Shown here in pieces: positions 28,956 through 39,652 of a stretch of 64,000 nt of DNA. A model generated the notes under the pieces. That model was given only the letters and a program-made list of their open reading frames with translations. It had not been told where the DNA came from and searched no databases. Source of the stretch: Polyangiales bacterium (lineage in GTDB: Bacteria; Myxococcota_A; Polyangia; Polyangiales; Polyangiaceae); NCBI GenBank assembly GCA_038231275.1, contig JBBRLQ010000020.1, positions 81,685-145,684 of the forward strand. The letters are read 5' to 3'. Positions within the stretch are counted from its first letter, which is position 1, and every line of letters starts with the position of its first letter. A program made the translations under genes and the position numbers.

Positions 28956-30383
28956 TTAGATGTGGCGAACGTACTCGAAGTCGACGGGGCGCCCCTTGAT
29001 GCCTTGCTTGGGCGCGCCGATCCAGTTGGCCATCTGCGTGTGGTCCGACACCGGCTTCTGCATCAGGCTCTTCACGTACGCCTTGTCCGCATCGCTCGGC
29101 AGCCACGCGTCCTTCTGCGCGTCCCACTCCTCTTTCGTGAGCAGCTTGCCGTTCGGATCGGCGCTCACCCCCGAGTAGATGCCGATGTGCCGGTGGAAGC
29201 GCCGGTGCGGGAGGGTCAGCTTGAAGCCGATGCCATGCGCCTCGATCGTCCGGTTCCATTTGTCGACGCCGCGCTGGCAGTCCTCGACGTACGCGTCGCG
29301 GAGCACTTCGTTCATGGCGTTGCGGAGCGGCACGTCCTCGCGCACGAGCTTGCCGTCCTTCACGACGTCGACGCCGTACGTCCCCTCGAGCGCGCGATGA
29401 TCCTCGTGCTGCTCCTCCTTCGCGCGCCCCTTGATGCCCGTCGCGAACGACGCCGCGGCATTCGACGAGATCTCGCCGCCGAACAAGTCGAGGCTGAGCG
29501 AGTACCAGAGGTTCAAGTACTTCTGCATCGTCGGCAGATCGATGAGGCCGAGCTTGCGCACGTCGTCGGGGTGATCTTTCTTGTGCTCCTTCATCTGCCC
29601 CGCCGTGCGATCGACGACGCGCAGGATGCCCGTCTCGCCGACGAACATATGGTGCGCCTCCTCGGTCAGCATGAACCGCGTCGTGCGCGAGAGCGGATCG
29701 AACGAGCTCTCCGCGAGCGCGAGGAGCTGGAATTTGCCGTCGCGATCGGTGAAGAACGTGAACATGAAGAACGAGAGCCAGTCGGTGCACGGCTCGTTGA
29801 AGGCGCCGAGGATGCGCGGCTTGTTCGGATCGCCGCTGCGGCGCTTCAGGAGCTCATCGGCCTCCTCGCGGCCGTCGCGTCCGAAGTACGTTTGGAGCAA
29901 ATAGACCATCGCCCAAAGGTGACGGCCCTCTTCGACGTTCACCTGGAAGAGGTTGCGCAGATCGTAGACGCTGGGGCACGAGTGGCCGAGGAGGCGCTGC
30001 TGCTCGACGCTGGCCGGCTCGGTGTCACCTTGCGTGACGATGAGACGGCGAAGCGCGTTGCGGTGCTCGCCGGGGACCTGCTGCCAGACCGGCTCGCCGA
30101 AGTGATCGCCGAAGCCGATCGTGCGATCCTTCACCGGATCCGCGAGAAAAATGCCCCAACGGTAGTCGGGCATCTTCACGTAATCGAAGTGCGCCCACCC
30201 GTCCGACGCGACGCTGATCGCGGTGCGCAGGTAGACGTCGTCCATGTTGAAGTCGCTCGGGCCCATTTCCTTCCACCAGGAGATGAACTCGGGCTGCCAC
30301 GCCTCGAGGGCGCGCTGGAGCTTCTTGTCGCCCGACAGGTTGACGTTGTTCGGGATCTTCTCGTCGTTCATCACGCTGCTCAT
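28956..30383 (-). CDS. boxB: Benzoyl-CoA 2,3-epoxidase subunit B
   Basis: KIPNNVNL, WAHFDYVKMPDYRWGIFL, QGDTEPASVEQQ, di-iron EEGRH and EEAHH motifs. Confidence 0.95.
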   Translation of the reverse strand: MSSVMNDEKIPNNVNLSGDKKLQRALEAWQPEFISWWKEMGPSDFNMDDVYLRTAISVASDGWAHFDYVKMPDYRWGIFLADPVKDRTIGFGDHFGEPVWQQVPGEHRNALRRLIVTQGDTEPASVEQQRLLGHSCPSVYDLRNLFQVNVEEGRHLWAMVYLLQTYFGRDGREEADELLKRRSGDPNKPRILGAFNEPCTDWLSFFMFTFFTDRDGKFQLLALAESSFDPLSRTTRFMLTEEAHHMFVGETGILRVVDRTAGQMKEHKKDHPDDVRKLGLIDLPTMQKYLNLWYSLSLDLFGGEISSNAAASFATGIKGRAKEEQHEDHRALEGTYGVDVVKDGKLVREDVPLRNAMNEVLRDAYVEDCQRGVDKWNRTIEAHGIGFKLTLPHRRFHRHIGIYSGVSADPNGKLLTKEEWDAQKDAWLPSDADKAYVKSLMQKPVSDHTQMANWIGAPKQGIKGRPVDFEYVRHI

Positions 30384-30384
30384 C

Positions 30385-32079
30385 TCAGCACCGCCTCCAG
30401 TCGAACTCGGGTCGCTCGGGCCTTCCGTAGAGCGTCAACGCGCCGCGCTCGCCGACCGCGTTGGGGCGCTGGAAGATCCAGTTTTGCCAGGCCGACAGGC
30501 GGCCGAAGATCTTCGTCTCCATCGTCTCCGGTCCGCCGAAGCGGAGCGAGGCTTCCATGCCGGTCATCGCGTCGGGTGACATGCTGGCGCGCTCCTCGAA
30601 GGCGATGCGCACCTCGTCGTCCCAGTCGATGTCGTCGGGCGCGAAGGTGACGAGGCCCGCCTTCATCGCGGCCGTCGTGTCGATCTCGCCGGCGGTCTCC
30701 AGCACGCGGGTCACCCGCTCCGGCTCGCGGAGGAAGCGCGACTGGAGGCGCGTGAGGCCGTTGGGCATCGGGAGCGGCCCGGCGTTCATCGGGGAGACCG
30801 CCATCGTCACGCCCTCCTCGTCCTTCATGTAGACGCGGTCGCTGGCGAGGGCGAGCTCGAGGAGCGAGCCCACGAAGCACGATCCCGGCTCGGCCAGCGC
30901 GAAGAAGCTCTTCGACGTGATGTCCATGCGCTTGAGGACGCGCTTCATGTGGAGCGTCACCTCGCGCACGAGGCCGTCGTCTTTGTTCTTCGCGAGGAAC
31001 GCATCGGCGGCGAGCACCGCGGCGTGGTCGCCGGTCGTCTTCACCGCGACGACCGCGATCGTCGGCCGGTTGAAGCGCAGCTCGAGGAGCGCGTCGTCGA
31101 GCTCCCGGAACGCGCGGAGGACCCACGCGCCGCTGCCCGCCTTCGCGAGCTCGTCGACCGACTGCGGCTCTTTGCCGTCGGGCGCGCGAACGGTGAGGGT
31201 CGCCTTGCGCGCCTGCGGATCCAGCGCCAAGGACACATATTTGTATTCTACACTGTTCTCGCCTCGCTTCGCTTCGAGCGGCGCGAGAGCGATCGGCGTG
31301 AACGACTTGCGCTTGCTCCGCGCGACCATCGCGGCCGCGCGGCGCGCGATCGCCTCGTCGAACTTCGCCTTCGCGGGCGCCTCGTCGATGAGACCCCACT
31401 CGACGGCGCGCTTTCCGCGCACCCCCTCGGCGACCGTGGAGAAGACGTCGGCGAGATCGCGGCGGACCTTTCGCTTGTCGACCAGGCGCGTGAGGCCGCC
31501 GGTGCCGGGGAGGACGGCGAGGAGCGGCGCCTCGGGGAGGCTGACCGCGCTCGATCCGTCCTCGGCGAGCACGATCTCGTCGCACGAGATGGCAAGCTCG
31601 TAGCCGCCGCCGCTCGCGGTGCCGTTTAGCGCCGCGAGGGTGGGGACGCCGCTCTCGGCCGCCATCTCCTCGAGATAGAGGCGCGTCTCGTTGGTGAACT
31701 TGCAGAAGTTGACCTTGAAGCCGTGCGTCGAGCTGCCCAGCATGTAGATGTTGGCGCCCGAGCAGAAGATGCGGTCCTTGCCGCTGGTGATGACGAGCGC
31801 CTTCACGTCCGGGTGCTCGAAGCGAACACGCTGAATCGCGTCCGCGAGCTCGACGTCGACGCCGAGATCGTACGAGTTGAGCTTGAGCGGGTAGCCGTTG
31901 GGAGACGACGTCGGTCGCAGGCCCTGGTCCTCCTTGATGTCCATGACGAGGCGCGCCACGCCGCCGCCGTCGCCGGCGCCGTTCTTGGCGGGCGGCAGCT
32001 CGAGGCGCCAGTGCACGTAGCGGTCGGGGTGGGTCTCGAAGCGGACCGGCTCTTGCGAAGGATTTTCGTGGGCGCCCAT
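30385..32079 (-). CDS. boxC: 2,3-epoxybenzoyl-CoA dihydrolase
   Basis: LKLNSYDLGVDVELADA, FCSGANI, KVNFCKFTNETR, GRLSAWQNWIFQRPNA. Confidence 0.95.
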   Translation of the reverse strand: MGAHENPSQEPVRFETHPDRYVHWRLELPPAKNGAGDGGGVARLVMDIKEDQGLRPTSSPNGYPLKLNSYDLGVDVELADAIQRVRFEHPDVKALVITSGKDRIFCSGANIYMLGSSTHGFKVNFCKFTNETRLYLEEMAAESGVPTLAALNGTASGGGYELAISCDEIVLAEDGSSAVSLPEAPLLAVLPGTGGLTRLVDKRKVRRDLADVFSTVAEGVRGKRAVEWGLIDEAPAKAKFDEAIARRAAAMVARSKRKSFTPIALAPLEAKRGENSVEYKYVSLALDPQARKATLTVRAPDGKEPQSVDELAKAGSGAWVLRAFRELDDALLELRFNRPTIAVVAVKTTGDHAAVLAADAFLAKNKDDGLVREVTLHMKRVLKRMDITSKSFFALAEPGSCFVGSLLELALASDRVYMKDEEGVTMAVSPMNAGPLPMPNGLTRLQSRFLREPERVTRVLETAGEIDTTAAMKAGLVTFAPDDIDWDDEVRIAFEERASMSPDAMTGMEASLRFGGPETMETKIFGRLSAWQNWIFQRPNAVGERGALTLYGRPERPEFDWRRC

Positions 32080-32111
32080 GAGTGAGGGGATCCTAGCCCG
32101 CAGGAGGCTCG

Positions 32112-32163
32112 TTGCAAGTAGTATAATGCACTTGTTGTGTATCTATCGTGCACTATAATGCAC
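32112..32163. promoter_or_regulatory. BoxR/BzdR-type operator and divergent promoter region
   Basis: TGCA-N6-TGCA at 32149-32162; TATAATGCAC direct repeat at 32122-32131 and 32154-32163; AT-rich. Confidence 0.7.
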
Positions 32164-32165
32164 AC

Positions 32166-32963
32166 ATGAAGTCTGCCGCGCGGAGGGCCCCCCTCCTGAC
32201 CGACTTGGGATGGGCCATTCGCGCCGCCCGGTCCGCCCAACAGATCTCGAGCCGCGAGCTCGCCGAGCGCGCCGGCGTGAGCGCGCGCTTCCTCGTGCAG
32301 CTCGAGGGTGGCAGCGGCAACATCTCAGTCGCCCGCCTGAACGACGTCGCGCATGCCCTCGGCAAGACCCTCAGCCAGCTCTTCAGGGAGGTCGAGCTCC
32401 ACGGGAATCCCTCGATCACCGGGACTGGCAAGGGGCGGAGGGTCATCGCTCTCCTCGGCCTTCGCGGTGCCGGAAAATCCGCGGTCGGCGCCCAGCTCGC
32501 GAGGCAGATGAAGGTTCCCTTGGTCGAGCTCGACCAGCTCATCGCCAAAGAGGCGGGGATGGATCTGACCACGATCTTCGAGATGCACGGAGAAGAGTAC
32601 TTCCGGCGCCTCGAGGCGATGACGCTCCGACGCTTCCTCGAGGCCGAACCCGCGGCGGTGCTCGCGACCGGCGGCTCGATCGTGATGCACCCCGAATCCT
32701 ACGTCCTCCTCCGCGAACGGACGATCACCGTCTGGCTCAAGGCTCGGCCGCAGGAGCACTGGGATCGCGTCGTCGCGCAGGGCGACGGGCGTCCCATGAG
32801 CGGCCGCCCCGCCGCGATGAACGAGCTTCGGCGCTTGCTAAAGGAGCGGACTCCGCTCTATGCCCAGGCGGCGATCGTCGTCCCCACGTCTAAGGTCACC
32901 GCCTCCGCCGCCGCGGACCTCATCGTCCGGCACTCGCGGCCTTTCATGGAGAAGGAATCATGA
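32166..32963 (+). CDS. boxR: XRE HTH + shikimate-kinase-like benzoyl-CoA-responsive repressor
   Basis: [58 protein letters not shown]. Confidence 0.88.
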   Translation: MKSAARRAPLLTDLGWAIRAARSAQQISSRELAERAGVSARFLVQLEGGSGNISVARLNDVAHALGKTLSQLFREVELHGNPSITGTGKGRRVIALLGLRGAGKSAVGAQLARQMKVPLVELDQLIAKEAGMDLTTIFEMHGEEYFRRLEAMTLRRFLEAEPAAVLATGGSIVMHPESYVLLRERTITVWLKARPQEHWDRVVAQGDGRPMSGRPAAMNELRRLLKERTPLYAQAAIVVPTSKVTASAAADLIVRHSRPFMEKES

Positions 32964-34516
32964 ACGTCCTCGAGAGCTACTTGTCCGGGAAATGGGTTCG
33001 TGGCAACGGCCGCGAGGCCACGCTGCTGAACCCTGCGACGGAAGAAGCGCTCGCGAAGACCTCGACGGAGGGGCTCGATTTCGCGGGCGCCCTCACCCAT
33101 GCGCGCGACAAGGGGGGGCCGGCCCTCCGCGCGATGACGTTCGAGGCGCGCGGCGAGATCTTGCGCGCGATGTCCAAGGCGATCCACGCGCACCGCGACG
33201 AGCTCATCGGCCTCGCGATCGCGAACGGCGGCAACACGCGCGGCGACGCGAAGTTCGACATCGACGGCGCGATCGGCACGCTCGCCTGGTACGCGGACCT
33301 CGGCAAGGAGCTTGGCGCGACGAAGATCCTCCCCGACGGAGACGATCTCCAGCTGGGACGTGGCGCGCGGCTCTTCGGCCAACACGTCCACGTGCCGCGC
33401 CATGGAGTCGCGGTCCACGTCAACGCGTTCAACTTCCCCGCGTGGGGCCTCGGCGAGAAGGCCGCGACGGCGATCCTGGCGGGAATGCCGGTGGTCTCGA
33501 AGCCGGCGACGAGCACGGCGCTGGTCGCGTGGCGCCTCGTTCAAATCCTCGTCGAGACCAAGGCAATCCCAGAAGGCGCGCTCTCGTTCATCGCGGGGAG
33601 CACCGGCGATCTTCTCGAGCATCTCTCCGGCCAGGACGTGCTCGCCTTCACGGGTTCGAGCGTCACCGGCGCGACGCTCCGCGGAGGCAAATCCGCGATC
33701 ACGAACAACGTCCGCGTCAACGTGGAGGCCGACAGCCTCAACGCCGCGGTGCTCGGTCCGGACGTCGAGGGCGGCTCCGACGTCATGAACCAGTTCTTGG
33801 CCGATGTCGTCCGCGACATGACGCAGAAGACCGGCCAAAAGTGCACGGCCATCCGCCGCATCTACGTGCCGCAGGCGAAGGTGGAAGAGGTGGTGGAGGC
33901 GATCCGCGAGCGTCTCGCCGGCGTGAAGGTCGGCGATCCGTCGCGCGAGGACGTCACGATGGGCCCGGTCGCCACCGCGCAGCAGCTGAAGGACGTGCGC
34001 GAAGGGATCGGCAAGCTCGAGGCCGCCGGCAAGATCGTCTTCGGCAGCAAGACCGAGGTGACTGCGCTCGGCAGCACGGGAAAAGGCTATTTCCAGAGCC
34101 CGGTGCTCGTTCTCTCGACCGCGCCGCGCAAAGACGACGCCGTCCACAACCACGAGGTCTTCGGGCCCGTCTCCACGGTCGTCGCGTACGACGGCACCGC
34201 CGCGCGCGCCGCGGAGCAGGTCACTTGGGGCGGCGGAGGGCTCGTGTCGAGCGTGTACTCCGACGACAAAGCGTTCTTGGAAGAGACGGTGCTGGGGATC
34301 GCGCCATTCCATGGGCGCGTGACGATTGGCTCGTCCAAGATCGCGACGCAGGCCGTTCCCCCCGGGATGGTGCTGCCGATGCTGGTCCACGGCGGACCAG
34401 GCCGCGCGGGGGCCGGCGAAGAGCTGGGCGGCCGCCGCGGGCTTGCATTCTACATGCAACGCACCGCGCTACAGGGCGATCGCGCGATCCTCCAGGCTTT
34501 GTCGGGGAAGCGCTGA
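32960..34516 (+). CDS. boxD: 3,4-dehydroadipyl-CoA semialdehyde dehydrogenase (PaaZ-like ALDH)
   Basis: [58 protein letters not shown]; box context. Confidence 0.88.
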   Translation: MNVLESYLSGKWVRGNGREATLLNPATEEALAKTSTEGLDFAGALTHARDKGGPALRAMTFEARGEILRAMSKAIHAHRDELIGLAIANGGNTRGDAKFDIDGAIGTLAWYADLGKELGATKILPDGDDLQLGRGARLFGQHVHVPRHGVAVHVNAFNFPAWGLGEKAATAILAGMPVVSKPATSTALVAWRLVQILVETKAIPEGALSFIAGSTGDLLEHLSGQDVLAFTGSSVTGATLRGGKSAITNNVRVNVEADSLNAAVLGPDVEGGSDVMNQFLADVVRDMTQKTGQKCTAIRRIYVPQAKVEEVVEAIRERLAGVKVGDPSREDVTMGPVATAQQLKDVREGIGKLEAAGKIVFGSKTEVTALGSTGKGYFQSPVLVLSTAPRKDDAVHNHEVFGPVSTVVAYDGTAARAAEQVTWGGGGLVSSVYSDDKAFLEETVLGIAPFHGRVTIGSSKIATQAVPPGMVLPMLVHGGPGRAGAGEELGGRRGLAFYMQRTALQGDRAILQALSGKR

Positions 34517-34520
34517 CGTT

Positions 34521-34561
34521 TCCGTCAGGAGCGTTTCGCTCCGCTGCGCTTCGCTCCACTC
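34521..34561. repeat. REP-like intergenic repeat, copy 1
   Basis: TCCGTCAGGAGCGTTTCGCTCCGCTGCGCTTCGCTCCACTC; near-identical inverted copy at 44970-45011. Confidence 0.75.
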
Positions 34562-35943
34562 TAGTCGTCGTCGGACGGCGGGAAGCGGCTCTCGAGACGC
34601 GCGCCCGCCTTCGGCAAGAGCAGGCGGACGATCGAACGCTCGTACTTTCGCTCGCGGACGTTCCACTCCGACAGGTCGACGCGCATTCCCGCGTCGTCGC
34701 CGAAGAGGATGCGGATCTCCGGACGGAGAGGATCGCGGGAATTCACGCGTGTCACCATCGCCGGGTGGCCGTCGGTGAGCTCGACGACCATGCCCGGCGA
34801 GAAGATCCCTATCGCGCGTACCGCGACGTCGAGCCACGCCTTGTCGAAGTAGCGGCCGGCCAGCATCGTCGCCGCGCGGACGGCCGCTTCGGGCGCGTCG
34901 GAGTCGGTGGTATCGCCTAGCGGGATGCGGACGCGCTCGATGTAGTTGGCGATCGACACGATGCGCGTCCCTTCGTGCGGGATCGAGCCCTCCAGCGCGG
35001 GATAGCCGCGCCCGTCGACGCCGCGATGGTGATCGAGCGCGGTCGCCACCCACAGCGCCGGGCAGCCCCCCTCGAGGAGCGCGCGCGCGCCGAGGAGCGG
35101 GTGGTGCCGCGCGTACCGTAGGCCACGCTCGTCGAGAAGCGGCTCGGGTACGCCCTGGAGCGCAGCGGGCAAGAGCAGCTCACCGACGTCGTGGAGGAGC
35201 GCTGCGCAGGTGACCTCGACGGTGATGGCCGAAGACAAGCGCCCCTCGCGCGCGATCGCGGCGCTCATGACGGCGACGTTGGTGCAATGGCCGGCGAGAT
35301 CGAGCGCACCCTCGTCGAAGCGTCGCGTCCGGAGGGCAAAGCGGCGCCCGTCGACCGACTCCACGATGGACGACGCGACGCCGCGCACGAACGCGAGATC
35401 GATCGGCGCGCGGCCGCGGATCCGGAGGCCCACGTGCTCGAGGATCTTCACGACGAGCGGCTCGATCTCGCGGTGCGAGCGTTCTTCGCGATCGTAGTCG
35501 GAGCGATCGACGTCGCGGAGCGCGACGAAACGGACGAGCACGTGGCCCAGCGTGCTCGCGATGCGATCGCGGGCAGCGCGCGGATCGGCAGCATTTCCGG
35601 CCTCGGCGAGGCTCTCGGCGAGCGTCGTCATCTCCGGCTTCTCGATCCCTTGCAAGAAGACGAGGCACTCGATGCCGTGGCGGGCGAGCGCGTCGAGGAA
35701 GCCCGGCATGCGCGTCCGCAGCTCGGGCATCGGGCGGTCGTTCACCACGAGCTCGCCCTCGACGAGCGCGACCACGATCTCCGAGATGCGCGCGAGCACC
35801 CGCGCGAACGTCGCGGTGGCGGACTCGTCCGCCCGATCGATCGACGGATGGCCCGCCGGGTATTGCGCACGCGACACGATCGCCGTGAGGAGCCCGTGCA
35901 GCGCCTCGACCGCCTCGCCGGCCTGCGTGCGAGTGTCAGTCAC
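34561..35943 (-). CDS. HD-GYP domain protein
   Basis: HCTNVA, ALLHDVG, HHRGVDGRGYP; GTG start at 35943 overlapping the upstream gene. Confidence 0.8.
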   Translation of the reverse strand: MTDTRTQAGEAVEALHGLLTAIVSRAQYPAGHPSIDRADESATATFARVLARISEIVVALVEGELVVNDRPMPELRTRMPGFLDALARHGIECLVFLQGIEKPEMTTLAESLAEAGNAADPRAARDRIASTLGHVLVRFVALRDVDRSDYDREERSHREIEPLVVKILEHVGLRIRGRAPIDLAFVRGVASSIVESVDGRRFALRTRRFDEGALDLAGHCTNVAVMSAAIAREGRLSSAITVEVTCAALLHDVGELLLPAALQGVPEPLLDERGLRYARHHPLLGARALLEGGCPALWVATALDHHRGVDGRGYPALEGSIPHEGTRIVSIANYIERVRIPLGDTTDSDAPEAAVRAATMLAGRYFDKAWLDVAVRAIGIFSPGMVVELTDGHPAMVTRVNSRDPLRPEIRILFGDDAGMRVDLSEWNVRERKYERSIVRLLLPKAGARLESRFPPSDDD

Positions 35944-38059
35944 GGCCTTCCTCCATCGCCTTCTCGCACGCCTTGCGCACGCGCCACGTCGCCGATTGGA
36001 GGCCCTTCTGGAAGAGCGTCGGCGCGCTCGCGGCGCGCGATCGACGTAGCCCTTCGGCGGCGCGCTCGCGCAGCTCGGCCGAGAACGCGCGCTCGATGAG
36101 CCCGCGCGGCTCGAGGAGACGATAGAGCGCGGCAGCCGCCTCATCGCTCGGCGACTTTCCGAGCGCCTCCAAGGCACGTCGCCGTAGGTCGTCGCTCTGG
36201 TTCTCGTCGAGGATGCTCGCTTCGATCGAGTGCGCAGCGGCGGCGCTCATCACGACCTCGGCGAGCCCAGCGATCGCCGTCGCGCGCACCTCTTCGGACG
36301 CGTCGAGCAGCATCGCCGAGAGGAAATCGGAGGCCCGCGGCTCGGTGGCCATCGTGCGCATCGCGCGCGCGACCTCGAGCCGGACCTTGGGGTGCGGATG
36401 ACGCGCGACCTGCGCGAGCTCGTGCGCGCGCATGCCGACGCGGGCGCCGAGGATCACCATGTTGCGGACGACGAACCAATCGGTGGACGCCAGGCGCGGC
36501 TTCACGTGGGGCACGACCGCAGGACCGACGCCCGCGAGGATCTCGAGGAGCGCGCGCCGGAGCTTCCGGCTCGTCGTCTTTTCCAAGACCGCGAAGAGCT
36601 GATCGGCGCGCGTGGGGGCCGCGAGGCGCAGGAACGGCGTCAGCTCCTCGAGGCGCTCGTCGTGCCGCTCGAGATCGGCGAGCATGAGCGGCGCGGCGTT
36701 TCCGCGCACGATCGCGGCGAGCGCGCCTTGTGTAGCAGCGATCCAACGCGCGTCGTCGACCGCCGTGAGCGCGCGCGCGACGCCCAGCGCCCCCGAGATG
36801 CGACCTATCTTGACGAGGGCAACGGCCAGCCCCGGCGCGCGCGCGGCGACGTCGGCAAAATCGACGAGGCGCGCGCCGAGGAAGCCGAGATCCGTCGCCA
36901 CCCGGTGATCCAGCGCGTCGAGCCGAACACCCTCGAACCCCTCGGCGGTCGGCGGGCGACCGGCCGGGTGCGCACGAAACGCCGCGCGCTCGTCGCGGAT
37001 CCGCGCCGCGATCTGGGACAGGACCGCGCGCTCGAAGCGGTACATGTCACCGTCGCGCGGCGGCTCGGCGAGGCCGGCGATGACCTCGTGGGTCGCCGGC
37101 TCGTCGAGCGGCAGGTCGTAGAGGAGGCGCGCCAGCTTACGCAGAACCTCGATGCGCGTTCCCGCGTCGGGCACCACGGCGCGGAGCGCGAAGTAGAAGC
37201 GATCGAGGTGCGCCGCGTGGAAGCGGACGCTCGGCAGGCAAAGCAGCGCGAGCGCGTGGGGGCCGAGCGTCGCGAGGACGTCGGAGAGAGGTCGCCTCGC
37301 CGCTGCGTCGAGCGCCGCGAAGCCGAGGACCACGCGATCGCGCGCCTCCGGTCCGAGCTCCTCGAGCACGCGGACCACCTTGGGCTTCAACGCGACGCCG
37401 CTCTTCGCCTCGGTCTCCGCGACCAGATCCGCGAAGCCGGCCAGCACCTGCGCCAACGCCCGCTGCGGCTCGGCTTGCTCGAACATTCGCGCCAAGAGCT
37501 TCGGCTCGTCGAGAAGCTCCACAAGGTCGGCCTGGGGTGCCGGGCGCCGGTCCTCGACGCCGCGGAGCAGCGCGAGGAACAGATCCCGCAGGCGGCGGAT
37601 GCGACGATCCTCGGCGCGCTCCTCGTCGAGCACGTCGTGCGCCAGCTCCTCCACTTGGACGCGCACGACGCCGCGCTGCACCGTCAGCGCGCGCATGCCG
37701 CCGCCCGCGAAGACATCGTTCACCGGCATCACGGCGATCGCCATGAACGCGGTGAGCTCTTCGAGCGTCACGCCGGAGAGGAAGCGCACGAGCACCACCC
37801 CGCGCTCGTGAAAGTACGGCGCCATCCTCGCGCGGAGGCCGGGATTCGTGGCGTGGACGGTGCCGATCGTCAGGGCGTCCTTGAAGACGCCGAGCGTCAC
37901 ACTTCCGGTCGCGCGCAGCGCCGCGCTGAGGCCCTCGAACGCTTTGGTGCCAGTGACCATGCTGACGGGATGGCCGACGGAGTACTGCGCCGCGCGGCCG
38001 ATCCACTGCCACAGATCGAGCACCCACTGCTCGTCGGACGGGGGCGCGATGCTCGGCAT
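35936..38059 (-). CDS. HEAT-repeat protein
   Basis: DWFVVRNMV, HPKVRLEVARA, EEVRATAIAGL, WRVRKAC repeats. Confidence 0.8.
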   Translation of the reverse strand: MPSIAPPSDEQWVLDLWQWIGRAAQYSVGHPVSMVTGTKAFEGLSAALRATGSVTLGVFKDALTIGTVHATNPGLRARMAPYFHERGVVLVRFLSGVTLEELTAFMAIAVMPVNDVFAGGGMRALTVQRGVVRVQVEELAHDVLDEERAEDRRIRRLRDLFLALLRGVEDRRPAPQADLVELLDEPKLLARMFEQAEPQRALAQVLAGFADLVAETEAKSGVALKPKVVRVLEELGPEARDRVVLGFAALDAAARRPLSDVLATLGPHALALLCLPSVRFHAAHLDRFYFALRAVVPDAGTRIEVLRKLARLLYDLPLDEPATHEVIAGLAEPPRDGDMYRFERAVLSQIAARIRDERAAFRAHPAGRPPTAEGFEGVRLDALDHRVATDLGFLGARLVDFADVAARAPGLAVALVKIGRISGALGVARALTAVDDARWIAATQGALAAIVRGNAAPLMLADLERHDERLEELTPFLRLAAPTRADQLFAVLEKTTSRKLRRALLEILAGVGPAVVPHVKPRLASTDWFVVRNMVILGARVGMRAHELAQVARHPHPKVRLEVARAMRTMATEPRASDFLSAMLLDASEEVRATAIAGLAEVVMSAAAAHSIEASILDENQSDDLRRRALEALGKSPSDEAAAALYRLLEPRGLIERAFSAELRERAAEGLRRSRAASAPTLFQKGLQSATWRVRKACEKAMEEGRD

Positions 38060-38080
38060 CGTACCCGATCATACATCGCG

Positions 38081-39094
38081 TCAGGTCTCGCGGGGGTCCG
38101 TGGAGCAGACTCGATTGCGCCCCAGCGATTTTGCCCGGTACATGCGCTCGTCGGCGCGCTTGACGAGGGCCTCGGCCGGCGCCGCCTTGTCGCACTCGCC
38201 CAGGTCGGCGACCCCGATGCTGACCGTCGCCCGGAGCGTCTCGCCGGCGTGAGGGACCGCGAGCCTTTCGACGTTCAGGCGAATGCGCTCGGCGAGGAGG
38301 AACGCCAGCGCGAGCGGGGTCTCTCGGAGGAGCAGCGCGAACTCTTCGCCGCCGTAGCGCGTGAGCATGTCCTCCGCCCGCACCCGGTCCGCGATCGCCT
38401 GCCGAATGGCGCAGAGGAGCAGATCGCCGCCCGCGTGGCCGTGCGTGTCGTTGACGCTCTTGAAGTGGTCGACGTCGATCATGAGAACGCCGAGCGAGGT
38501 CCCGTGGCGACGCGCGTAGCCGACCTCCAGCTCGAGGCGCTGGAAGAAGTAGCGACGATTGAACGCGCCGGTCAACGGATCGCGCGTCGAGGCCTCGTAG
38601 AGGCTGCGCAGGAGCCCGTCCTCCACGTCGTCGAGCCAGCCGATCTGCACGACCGCCGACGGGCCGAGGTGGATGCGATCGCCGCTGTTCAGAGGGACGA
38701 AGGCGACCGGATCGCCGTTCAGGATGGTCCCGTTACGCGAGTCGAGATCCTGGACGAAGAGGAGGCCGTCGCGGTGAACGATGCGGCAGTGCTCGCGGCT
38801 GACGCCGCTGTCCTCGATACGGATGTCCGCGGCCTCTGAGCGTCCGAGGATGTACTCGGGTTTCTCGTCGAGGGAGACGACCCTGCCCGCGTGGATGCCC
38901 GACATGACCGTGAGGCGCGGGCGCCCGCGCGAGCGCGTCGCGACGGGAACGAGCGTGGTGCTCGAGCCCTGCTCGTCGTCGCCGTCGTCCCACTGGCGGT
39001 AGACCGCGAACGCGGCGCCCGGCGTCGCGAGCTGGATGCCGGACTCGGGCCGCTTCGGGATCGGCTTGGCCTTCGCCTTTCGCCCCAGCTTCAT
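38081..39094 (-). CDS. FHA-GGDEF diguanylate cyclase
   Basis: FHA LGRS...VSREH...SRNGT; DPLTGAFNRR, IDVDHFKSVND, RYGGEEF. Confidence 0.92.
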   Translation of the reverse strand: MKLGRKAKAKPIPKRPESGIQLATPGAAFAVYRQWDDGDDEQGSSTTLVPVATRSRGRPRLTVMSGIHAGRVVSLDEKPEYILGRSEAADIRIEDSGVSREHCRIVHRDGLLFVQDLDSRNGTILNGDPVAFVPLNSGDRIHLGPSAVVQIGWLDDVEDGLLRSLYEASTRDPLTGAFNRRYFFQRLELEVGYARRHGTSLGVLMIDVDHFKSVNDTHGHAGGDLLLCAIRQAIADRVRAEDMLTRYGGEEFALLLRETPLALAFLLAERIRLNVERLAVPHAGETLRATVSIGVADLGECDKAAPAEALVKRADERMYRAKSLGRNRVCSTDPRET

Positions 39095-39510
39095 CGGGTC
39101 GCACCGTCGGTGACGCTACGGAGCTCGACGAGCTTGCGATCGCGCAGCTCGAGGAAGCAGTCGTAGACGTCGAGTCGCGGGAGATCGACCGCCGCGGCGA
39201 TGACGGCGAGCGTCGAGCAATCGTCGACGTGCAGAAGCAGGAACGCGGCGCGGTGATCGAGCGCGGCGGGCCGCACGCCGGTGCGGACCGGAACGATCAT
39301 GTCGAGCGGCATCGCGACGCGCATGAACGTCCCGCTCGCGACCTCGCGGACGTGGAGCGGCGGCGCGAGCGTCGGACGCGACGACGGAGGAGCCTCTTTA
39401 CCCTCCGCGAGCTCGATGAGGCGCCCGTCCGGCAACACCCGAAACTCACCGGAGCGGAGCTCGCTCGGCGAGAAGGTCGTCTCGGCGTTGGAGCGTGACG
39501 GATTGCCCAC
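39091..39510 (-). CDS. Hypothetical protein (possible C-terminal winged helix)
   Basis: GTG at 39510 inside ORF 39091..40110; overlaps next ATG; LDHRAAFLLLHVD...LRDRKLVEL. Confidence 0.6.
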   Translation of the reverse strand: MGNPSRSNAETTFSPSELRSGEFRVLPDGRLIELAEGKEAPPSSRPTLAPPLHVREVASGTFMRVAMPLDMIVPVRTGVRPAALDHRAAFLLLHVDDCSTLAVIAAAVDLPRLDVYDCFLELRDRKLVELRSVTDGATR

Positions 39511-39523
39511 GCGAGCATCTAGA

Positions 39524-39538
39524 GCAAGTCGCGCACCA
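39524..39538 (-). promoter_or_regulatory. Sigma54-type -24/-12 promoter
   Basis: Minus strand TGGTGCGCGACTTGC (GG-N10-GC). Confidence 0.55.
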
Positions 39539-39652
39539 CCCCCGGAAGCGGCCCGCGCAGCGTCATTTCGGGGAGTTGAATGGTCGCGGCCGCTGCCACA
39601 GTCGCGTCCCGGTCCAATCCCACACGGGCCTTTGTGGACCGAGAGGAGACGG

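Noticed and set aside
39545..39650. Possible riboswitch upstream of the c-di-GMP genes (stem GGTCCA...TGGACC)
   Set aside because: No recognisable c-di-GMP or cobalamin riboswitch consensus, and it lies upstream of the predicted sigma54 start; more likely a 3' hairpin of the TonB operon
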